Positions 38,740 through 46,294 of a stretch of DNA of 64,000 nt are shown piece by piece. The position numbers were made by a program, and so were the translations under genes. Source of the stretch: Burkholderiaceae bacterium (lineage in GTDB: Bacteria > Patescibacteriota > Saccharimonadia > Saccharimonadales > AQU-01); contig JAYVTZ010000002.1 in NCBI GenBank assembly GCA_043788365.1, positions 124,032 to 188,031 on the forward strand. The letters are read 5' to 3'. A model generated the notes under the pieces. It had not been told where the DNA came from. It made no database searches and saw nothing but the letters and a program-made list of their open reading frames with translations. Position 1 is the stretch's first letter. Every line of letters begins with the position of its first letter.

Positions 38740-40788
38740 CTACTCCACTTCCTTAAAGAATTTTTCGGCCTTGTTAGTTATAGCGTTCCATCTGTAGTTC
38801 TTAACTGTTTTCAGAGCCTCCGCGGCGAGTCTTGCTCTTAGTTTATCATCCGCTAGTAACTTAGCCATGGCATTCTTCAATCCTTCGGCGTCATTCTGTT
38901 CGACTATTAGGCAGTTCTTACCATCAAAACAGAAGTCGCGGTTGCCATGAGCGTCGGTACAGATTACCGGACAGCCGGCTGCCATGGCCTCAAGAATTGG
39001 TAAACAAAAACCTTCATGAATTGAAGTTTGAACGAAGATTGTGGCTTTGTTATAAAGCTCATTCACTTCTTCGTTGGTCGGCTTGGTGAAATACTTAATT
39101 TTCGAGTCGCGTCGGGCAAGTTCTGGCTCGGCACCAAACAGCCATAGGTCGGGACGACTATCGCCAATTGCCTTCCAGCCCTTTAAGGTCATCTCAAGAT
39201 TCTTCTGAAAGAAGCTTCGGCCCACACCTAAGATTGTGTTCTTTTCACGCTTAACGCCTGGAATTTGTTTATATATCGTATCTTCGTAGCCACACGGCAG
39301 TAGGGTCGCATCAAGGCCAATTGCTCGAAGTTCGTCTAAGTTATAGGAAGAAATTGTCAGATTTCTAAATTCTTTGCGATAGCACGATACAACCGAAGCC
39401 TGAGCAACAACATCGTCTGGATAGAACCAGGTCTCAAATTCAGATATAAAGTAGACTGGTATTCCGGTGTTAACTGATGCCAGCCAGACCGGGAAGGCAG
39501 TCTCCCACCAAGTTGCAACCTTGATTGCTTCTTCTTTGCTAAGCGCCAGAATTAATCTTTCATAGTTCTTGAAAGTTCTAATTTTAAGACCATCGTCAGT
39601 GTGCCATGGTGACGGGTCTTTATCTAGACCCCATATTTCAACAGAAAATCCTCTTAAAAATAGCCGATTAGCAAGCTCGAATATATTCTTAATACCACCG
39701 CTAAGTCCGAAAGCCTGCAAAACAAAAATTATTTTGCGTTTGCCTGCCGCGTCTGTGACTTTGCGCTTATCAAACCACTTACCCCATTTCTTCCAGAAGT
39801 AATCTATTGATTGTTGCTGTTTGGCTGTAATCGAAACATTTTTTGCTCTAGTGGCAGATTCGACATGGGTGAGGGTTGAGGCCGGGAAATAAAGTGTACG
39901 GTAACCCGCCTGCCAACCGCGCAACGAAATATCGACATCTTCAAAAGCAAACTGAAATTCCTCGTCCAAAATACCAACGTAGTCCATAAACTCGCGTTTT
40001 AGATATAAACACGCCCCTGTTACCGCCATGGTGTAATGGGGTATGTTGGCTGGACCATAGTTGGCCTCTTGGAAACGATAATAGTGGTCGAACCATTTAG
40101 GTGAATCTGTGTTGCGATGACTGCCGCCACTCTGAATACGACCATCCGGATAAAGCAGTTTTGGCCCAACGATGCCCGTATCAGTACCAAATTCGTAAGC
40201 ACCAAACTGCAAGGCCTCGAGCCAACCAGGGTGTGCCACGATATCACTATTAACCAAAATGGCATCGTGTTTTTTATTGACCGCTTTCAGGCCCGTATTT
40301 ACTGCTTTAGCAAAGCCGCCATTTTTCTCTCTATAAATTACACTGATTTGGTCGTCTTCAAGTTTTTTCAAAAACTTTCGGCTTGAGGGCTGGCAATAGT
40401 CATCGACAATAATAATTTTGACGTGAGAGGGGTCAGTCGTCTCTTTTAGACTTTGAATGCATGGCACCAACACTACTTCGTCGTTGTAGCTTGGGATAAT
40501 AATCGTAACTGGTTTGGCGCTATGCTTGTACCAATCTTCTATAGCATGTTTATCTACGCCAGTTGTTAGCCCGTTAGGAAAAGCTAAGTTACTGCCTAGC
40601 CTTCTGTCTATACTCACTAGTTCTTTTTTAATTTGGCGGACTAGTGACTTCGGGCCATTCTTGATACCAAAAGCTCCAACCGACACTGCTATCGATAGTG
40701 GTGACCTACCCTTATATTTAAAATCACCGCGAAGAATTTTCCTCGTGGCTTTCTTGCTAACGTTTAATACAATTTTGGCTTTGTTCAT
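38740..40788 (-). CDS. Bifunctional GT2-GT4 glycosyltransferase
   Basis: GT2 (IIIPSYN, NGGFAKAVN, FEDVD) fused to GT4 (EGFCLPILEAMAAGCPVI). Confidence 0.9.
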   Translation of the reverse strand: MNKAKIVLNVSKKATRKILRGDFKYKGRSPLSIAVSVGAFGIKNGPKSLVRQIKKELVSIDRRLGSNLAFPNGLTTGVDKHAIEDWYKHSAKPVTIIIPSYNDEVVLVPCIQSLKETTDPSHVKIIIVDDYCQPSSRKFLKKLEDDQISVIYREKNGGFAKAVNTGLKAVNKKHDAILVNSDIVAHPGWLEALQFGAYEFGTDTGIVGPKLLYPDGRIQSGGSHRNTDSPKWFDHYYRFQEANYGPANIPHYTMAVTGACLYLKREFMDYVGILDEEFQFAFEDVDISLRGWQAGYRTLYFPASTLTHVESATRAKNVSITAKQQQSIDYFWKKWGKWFDKRKVTDAAGKRKIIFVLQAFGLSGGIKNIFELANRLFLRGFSVEIWGLDKDPSPWHTDDGLKIRTFKNYERLILALSKEEAIKVATWWETAFPVWLASVNTGIPVYFISEFETWFYPDDVVAQASVVSCYRKEFRNLTISSYNLDELRAIGLDATLLPCGYEDTIYKQIPGVKREKNTILGVGRSFFQKNLEMTLKGWKAIGDSRPDLWLFGAEPELARRDSKIKYFTKPTNEEVNELYNKATIFVQTSIHEGFCLPILEAMAAGCPVICTDAHGNRDFCFDGKNCLIVEQNDAEGLKNAMAKLLADDKLRARLAAEALKTVKNYRWNAITNKAEKFFKEVE

Positions 40789-40864
40789 AAAATAACTCTA
40801 TAAATTTTATCATAATTTTGGCGGTTTATCGGTGTAAAATTATACTTTAAGGTACAATTAGTTG

Positions 40865-41806
40865 ATGCAAACTGTAATTATCACTGGCGTCAACGGATTC
40901 GTTGGCAAACACCTGGTGCGCGAACTCCACAGTCAAAAAGTTAACATTATTGGAATTGGCCGAGAGCCTAGCACCTCGTCTGATATCGCTAATCTACTAA
41001 GTGAATATTGGGTATGCGATTTGACTAATCATATCGAGGTTAACAACTACCCTTGGGAAAAGGCCGATTCAATAATTAGCCTGGCCGGACTAGCCCAAGT
41101 TGGCGCCTCATTTAATAATCCTGAATTTTATAAAAGTCTAAATGTTGCTGTCTTGGCTAACATTTATGAATACTTGAGTAGGGGCAACCTAAAAACTAAG
41201 GTTATTGCTGTCAGCACCGGGGCTGTTTATGACCCCTTCCAGCCGATGCCTCTTAACGAAAACTCTAAATTGGCCACTCAGCCATCACCATATGCCGAGA
41301 GTAAGATGCTCATGGAGAAGTCTGTAAACGCATACCGTGAAAAAGGCCTAGATATTGTAGTGGTGCGTCCTTTTAACCACATTGGGCCTGGCCAAGAACC
41401 AGGTTTCTTGGTCCCAGACTTATATAAAAGGATAGTTGACGCAATTACAACTAACAAGCCTTTAAAAGTCGGCAATCTCGAAACCAGACGCGATTATACC
41501 GATGTTCGCGACGTTGTTAAGGCCTACGCCCTGCTCGCATTAACCAAAGACGGCCAGTTACATAAGTCGCTTTATAATGTTTGTAGTGGCACTTCGCTGA
41601 GCGGTAATCAAATTCTAGAAGTCTTCAAGAAAATTGTCCCTGAATCAGACCAATTGGTAGTTGAAATCGACCAATCATTAATCCGTCCCAATGACCCTGT
41701 CGAACTAATCGGTGATAATCAGGCGCTCAAGGCCGATACCGGCTGGCAACCAGCCATTCAATACGTACAGACGATTGCTGACTTTGTGTCAGCTCAGGGT
41801 GTCTGA
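40865..41806 (+). CDS. rmd: GDP-4-keto-6-deoxy-D-mannose reductase (Rmd-like SDR)
   Basis: TGVNGFVG, SPYAESK, RPFNHIGPGQ and GNLETRRDYTDVRDVVKAY; adjacent to gmd. Confidence 0.8.
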   Translation: MQTVIITGVNGFVGKHLVRELHSQKVNIIGIGREPSTSSDIANLLSEYWVCDLTNHIEVNNYPWEKADSIISLAGLAQVGASFNNPEFYKSLNVAVLANIYEYLSRGNLKTKVIAVSTGAVYDPFQPMPLNENSKLATQPSPYAESKMLMEKSVNAYREKGLDIVVVRPFNHIGPGQEPGFLVPDLYKRIVDAITTNKPLKVGNLETRRDYTDVRDVVKAYALLALTKDGQLHKSLYNVCSGTSLSGNQILEVFKKIVPESDQLVVEIDQSLIRPNDPVELIGDNQALKADTGWQPAIQYVQTIADFVSAQGV

Positions 41807-41819
41807 TAAGAGAAGGCTA

Positions 41820-42809
41820 CTAGTTATCGGCTTTTTCGATCTCGAAATCGTGACTTACCATCATTTTAACGAGACCAGGGAAATCAACTTTACGTTTCCA
41901 GCCAAGGACCTTTTCGGCTTTTGACGGATCACCAAGTAGAACATCTACTTCTGCTGGGCGCATGAATGCTGGATCCTGCTTTACATATGGCTTCCAATCG
42001 TCAATGCCAATTTCTTTGAAAGCAAGGTCTAGGAACTCTTTAATTGAGTGGGTCTCACCAGTAGCTAGAATAAAATCATCAGGCTTGTCTTGCTGAAGCA
42101 TCAACCACATTCCTTCGACGAAGTCACCAGCGTAACCCCAGTCGCGTTTTGGTGTTAAGTCGCCCAGTACGATTTCGTCCTGAAGCCCTAGCTTGATACG
42201 AGCAACGGCCTTACTAATCTTTCTGGTTACGAATTCGGTGCCTCGATAAGGTCCTTCGTGGTTGAATAAAATCCCACAGGCGATGAACATGCCGTAACTC
42301 TCGCGATAATTACGCGCCGTCCAGTGACCAAACAACTTAGACACACCATACGGGCTACGTGGATGAAACGGCGACTCTTCAGTGTAGCCGTTTTTTGGCC
42401 GGTTATAGTCAAGGCCGCCAAACATTTCTGAGGTTGAGGCTTGGTAAATGCGCATTGTTTTCTCACCACCGACTATTCTGACCGACTCCAATAGATTAAG
42501 CACACCCTTACCGGTGACGTCAGCTGTCAAAATTGGCTCTTTAAACGATCCACCGACAAAGCTCCAAGCACCTAAGTTGTAAATCTCGTCAGGCTTAGCG
42601 ACTTGTAAGGCTCTAATGATTGACGACACGTCGGTTAGATCACCTTCAATCAGTTTTACTTCAGGTAAGTTTGCTTCTACGACAAATCTTTTGGGATTAT
42701 GCTGACCGCGTATTAGGCCAAAAACCTCATACTTCTTAGATAATAAAAGTTTGGCTAGGTGGTGGCCATCTTGACCAGTAATGCCTGTAATAAGTGCTCT
42801 TTTTGCCAT
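41820..42809 (-). CDS. gmd: GDP-mannose 4,6-dehydratase
   Basis: ALITGITGQDG, YQASTSE, PRSPYGVSK, FVTRKI and RDWGYAGD; AAGGAG RBS. Confidence 0.96.
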   Translation of the reverse strand: MAKRALITGITGQDGHHLAKLLLSKKYEVFGLIRGQHNPKRFVVEANLPEVKLIEGDLTDVSSIIRALQVAKPDEIYNLGAWSFVGGSFKEPILTADVTGKGVLNLLESVRIVGGEKTMRIYQASTSEMFGGLDYNRPKNGYTEESPFHPRSPYGVSKLFGHWTARNYRESYGMFIACGILFNHEGPYRGTEFVTRKISKAVARIKLGLQDEIVLGDLTPKRDWGYAGDFVEGMWLMLQQDKPDDFILATGETHSIKEFLDLAFKEIGIDDWKPYVKQDPAFMRPAEVDVLLGDPSKAEKVLGWKRKVDFPGLVKMMVSHDFEIEKADN

Positions 42810-42937
42810 CAAATCTCCTTATCTGCTAAGGTTACATTTTAACAGATATAAACTGATAGTTTAAGGTTGCTACTTGGTATTTGTTAGAATTTATGTAGTT
42901 CACCGAGGTAAAAATTTTGTAGTATTATTAGATAAAG

Positions 42938-43012
42938 ATGAAAAAAATTGTGATTGATGCGCGGGAACTGAGGACCAGCTCTGGCAAAGGACACCAGAGG
43001 TTCAACCTCTAA
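42938..43012 (+). pseudogene. Truncated duplicate of the 5' end of the GT4 gene at 43819
   Basis: Encodes MKKIVIDARELRTSSG, identical in protein to the first 16 aa of 43819, then KGHQRFNL*. Shares the upstream TTGTAGTATTATTA. Confidence 0.85.
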
Positions 43013-43034
43013 CAGATGGGGTTTTTGTGATTTG
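42996..43034. repeat. REP-like palindrome, left copy of a 39-bp direct repeat
   Basis: AGAGGTTCAACCTCTAACAGATGGGGTTTTTGTGATTTG, identical to 43729-43767. Confidence 0.9.
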
Positions 43035-43040
43035 CAAAAA

Positions 43041-43655
43041 TTACAGATGAGCCAGCTCGTGCTTTAGCTCGTGAAGTATCTCCATTCGGTCCTCATAATC
43101 TTGTAGAAACGTCATATACTCCTCTGCCCCACTAAACAACCCTTCTATCCTTGCCTTTTCAAGCCACTCAACTGACTCCAAACCAAAATAGTATTTTAGA
43201 CTAGAGTACTTATACCGTTGCCAATACCTCGGATTGAGATGAATATAGCGTGAAACGTGCGTCAGGTAAGTGTCAGAACTTATCAACGAAGCCTTGTAAG
43301 TACTCTCATAAATAGACCCAGACCTCTTGTACTTGAGATTAGAATACCGGCAGTAGCTCGACATAATGCTTTTCATTAACAGGCTCATCTGTCCTTGATC
43401 TTTTTGATAGATAAGCAGGTGGAAATGATTCTTCATCAAACAAAATGCCAATAGCTCTACTTTACCAAAATAATGAGGGTAACTCACAAATGACTTGTCT
43501 AGTTTCGGATATGCGGAAAGGTATCTGGCAAATAAGCCAATAAAGTACTTATAGTCTGATGTATCTAGAAATATCGGCAACTTGCTGGCACCTCTTGCAT
43601 AGATGTGATAATAGTTGTTTGAAGCATCAAATTTCAAAATATTTCTTGATGGCAT
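43041..43655 (-). mobile_element. REP-associated tyrosine transposase (RAYT, HUH/Y1 family)
   Basis: YYHIYARG..K.PIF, AFCLMKNHFHLL (HUH), RYIHLNP (catalytic Tyr) and YKYSS; flanked by palindromic repeats. Confidence 0.9.
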
Positions 43656-43720
43656 ATTTTCAATGTAGCCTAGTCTGCTGACGGAACATAAAGCACGAGC
43701 TTATAAATTCACATTCTATT

Positions 43721-43767
43721 CATCTGTTAGAGGTTCAACCTCTAACAGATGGGGTTTTTGTGATTTG
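43721..43767. repeat. REP-like perfect palindrome, right copy of the 39-bp direct repeat
   Basis: CATCTGTTAGAGGTT-C-AACCTCTAACAGATG (perfect 15-bp arms, 43721-43751); 43729-43767 equals 42996-43034. Confidence 0.9.
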
Positions 43768-43818
43768 TTTCAAGAGTCGGTGAGGATTGTAATGAGGTTG
43801 TAGTATTATTAAGTCTAG

Positions 43819-44916
43819 ATGAAAAAAATTGTAATTGATGCCAGGGAACTCCGGACCAGCTCGGGGCGGTATGTTGAGCGACTTCTGCACTACTTGCAGC
43901 AAATTGATAACGAGCATGATTATGTGGTTCTGGTAAGGCCAGAAGATTTTGATGGCTGGAAGCCTAGCAACAAAAAGTTTAAGAAAATTGTCTCACCTTA
44001 TAAGGAGTTCACTTTTTCGGAACAACTGGGTTTTCTAAAGCAAATTAAGGGGCTGGAGCCTGACCTTGTTCATTTTGTCATGGCTCAGCAGCCAATTTTG
44101 TATAGAGGCAAGGTGGTTACAACTATTAATGACCTAACCACTCTTAAGTTTCGTAATCCGGCCAAAAATAAATACGTGTTTATGACCAAGCAACAGGTTT
44201 ATAAGTATTTGAATAAGATAGTGACCCGTAAGTCGGTATCGATTATTACTTTCACTGAGTATGTTAAAGACGCCGTCGCCCGATTTGCCCACATAAATAG
44301 CAGGGAAATTACTGTGACTTATTTAGCGGCTGACGAGATTACCGAACTAACTAAACCAGTCGAAGGCATAGGCGAGGATGACAAATTCATTATGTACGTT
44401 GGTCGACCGCTTCCCCACAAAAACCTCGAAAAATTGGTGTCGGCCTTCACCATGCTCAAAGAAACTCACCCAGATCTTAAATTAGTGCTGGCTGGGCGCA
44501 AAGATACGCTTTATAAGCGGATAAAGCGTAGTATCGAATCAGCTGGCTTAACAGATATAATCTTCACAGATTTTGTAAGTGAGGGGCAGCTGAAGTGGCT
44601 TTACGAGTACACCGCCGCCTACGTCTTCCCTTCCTTGTCGGAAGGTTTTGGTCTGCCTGCCCTCGAAGCCATGATGCACGGTGCACCGGTAGTGTCGTCA
44701 GACGCCACCTGCTTACCAGAAGTTTATGGCGAGGCGGCCGAGTACTTTAACCCTCACGACCCGTTCGAAATGGCCAGTGCCATAGCACGTGTAATTGATA
44801 ATCCGTCGCGTTCTAAAGAGTTAATTAGGCTAGGCAAAGCCCAAGCCAACAAATACTCGTGGCAAAAAACCGCCGAGCAAACCCTGGAAGTCTACAAGCA
44901 AGCCCTGGGCGAATAG
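43819..44916 (+). CDS. GT4 glycosyltransferase
   Basis: IVIDAR, YVGRPLPHKNL and PSLSEGFGLPALEAM. Confidence 0.92.
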   Translation: MKKIVIDARELRTSSGRYVERLLHYLQQIDNEHDYVVLVRPEDFDGWKPSNKKFKKIVSPYKEFTFSEQLGFLKQIKGLEPDLVHFVMAQQPILYRGKVVTTINDLTTLKFRNPAKNKYVFMTKQQVYKYLNKIVTRKSVSIITFTEYVKDAVARFAHINSREITVTYLAADEITELTKPVEGIGEDDKFIMYVGRPLPHKNLEKLVSAFTMLKETHPDLKLVLAGRKDTLYKRIKRSIESAGLTDIIFTDFVSEGQLKWLYEYTAAYVFPSLSEGFGLPALEAMMHGAPVVSSDATCLPEVYGEAAEYFNPHDPFEMASAIARVIDNPSRSKELIRLGKAQANKYSWQKTAEQTLEVYKQALGE

Positions 44917-44917
44917 G

Positions 44918-45316
44918 TTACTTTGTTGCATCTACGGAGTGTAGACCAGTCACGACCGACTCTAGCATGCGATGATCACTTGTTATAAGTGTCATGTGTT
45001 TGGCTACAGCCTGGGCTACAAGTGCCGCATCAAAGGGGTCGGCTTGGGGCAAGTTCTGTTGCTCGACAAACTGCTTGGCAACGAGTGTGTCAAAACGTAG
45101 CTCTAATAATCTACCCTCCGAAATCTCGCGGTCAACGTCAGCAAAATTCATTTTTAACTTACCTAATCTGATTTTTATACTGCATTCAAACAGACTAAGG
45201 TTTGATATATAGACATCATTCTTAAGGTCTGCGATACTTGCTCGAGCTTTTTTACCTAATTTTGGACTGTCGGTGACCCACCAGATAAAAGCATTGGTAT
45301 CAAGCAAAATTATCAT
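44918..45316 (-). CDS. PIN-domain (VapC-like) toxin
   Basis: ILLDTNAFIW, SLFE, DPFD..LVAQA and LITSD. Confidence 0.88.
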   Translation of the reverse strand: MIILLDTNAFIWWVTDSPKLGKKARASIADLKNDVYISNLSLFECSIKIRLGKLKMNFADVDREISEGRLLELRFDTLVAKQFVEQQNLPQADPFDAALVAQAVAKHMTLITSDHRMLESVVTGLHSVDATK

Positions 45317-45321
45317 CGTGA

Positions 45322-45561
45322 CTACTTTTTACTCCCAATTACATCCCAAAGCCCCATGAGAGGTTCATCAAAATTATCACTGACCCAAATTTTGTCCTTT
45401 AGGGCCCCAGGAGTTCGTGTTTTTTTAGAGCCTGACAAAGGGACAATTTTGGCGACAACCTTACCGTGCTTACCAAGCAAGATTTCTTGGCCTCCAATCG
45501 CTTGGTCCAAATATTTAGAATAATTTGTTTTAAGGTCATGGACATTAACAACGTGTTTCAT
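45322..45561 (-). CDS. Phd/YefM-family antitoxin
   Basis: VNVHDLKTNYSKYLD...GQEILLGKHGKVVAKIVP...PG.LK.KIW...FD; start reassigned to 45561. Confidence 0.85.
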   Translation of the reverse strand: MKHVVNVHDLKTNYSKYLDQAIGGQEILLGKHGKVVAKIVPLSGSKKTRTPGALKDKIWVSDNFDEPLMGLWDVIGSKK

Positions 45562-45582
45562 AGGAGTTATTTTAACAAAACG

Positions 45583-45595
45583 GACTAAGTTAGTC
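45583..45595. promoter_or_regulatory. Candidate TA operator palindrome
   Basis: GACTAA-G-TTAGTC just upstream of the antitoxin -10 box (TAAAAT). Confidence 0.5.
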
Positions 45596-45598
45596 AAT

Positions 45599-46129
45599 TT
45601 AGTCATAAATCACTCGCCTAACATATTTACCACAACTAAGGCTGATTTTAATCTGATAGTTATCTCCGCTAGTTTGGTTGACTTTGCTGCGGCCGAAGAT
45701 ACACTCCATGCCTGTTGGCGTGTGAGTATAGACGTTCGTGACTGGGTCATTTGGGTCGAGGTCGAGACGCGAACTAGATTTCGGCACAAATTTAGCGACT
45801 TGGTTGATGGATGTATTGATAGTTGTTTCGAAGTTTTTGATTTCAGTATTACTGATTGGTTCGAAGTTAGCAGTAATGTTACAGCTCAGTTTGCCACCCC
45901 CAAATTCAACTGTGTCGTGACGACAATACCTTTCAACATCAAAAGACATTTTTGGATCTTCGGCCGTGATCGCTGTGGTTAGCCGACCGACGTCTTGGTC
46001 AACCAGCTTAAAATCTGACTTATCGGCTCTGAGCTGAAAATAGCTATTAACAAAATATATACTTGTGGTGGCTATTACCAAAACAAGTACCACGATTCCG
46101 AATTTGGACTTAGTTATTTTCAACAACAT
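45599..46129 (-). CDS. Membrane-anchored hypothetical protein
   Basis: N-terminal TM, four Cys. Confidence 0.6.
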   Translation of the reverse strand: MLLKITKSKFGIVVLVLVIATTSIYFVNSYFQLRADKSDFKLVDQDVGRLTTAITAEDPKMSFDVERYCRHDTVEFGGGKLSCNITANFEPISNTEIKNFETTINTSINQVAKFVPKSSSRLDLDPNDPVTNVYTHTPTGMECIFGRSKVNQTSGDNYQIKISLSCGKYVRRVIYD

Positions 46130-46294
46130 CTTACTTGCCTATTTCTCTCCAAATTCCTGGTGAGCATACCTCCCCACTTTAATCATAAACCACTTTTTGT
46201 ATCTAAAAATGAATTAAGTATGAACTTTTGAAACGCTAGCTTTTTGAGTATGAGATAAAGAATTTACTGCCGTAATAAAAAGGCGGGCGACGAA

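Noticed and set aside
43041-43655. Classical IS200/IS605 element
   Set aside because: No tnpB; length and the YIHLNP/YSS motifs fit the RAYT subgroup better
42996-43767. CRISPR array from the 39-bp palindromic repeats
   Set aside because: Only two copies, 733 bp apart and enclosing a gene; no cas genes
43735-43917. 60-aa minus-strand ORF
   Set aside because: Antisense to GT4 and ends within the REP; shadow ORF
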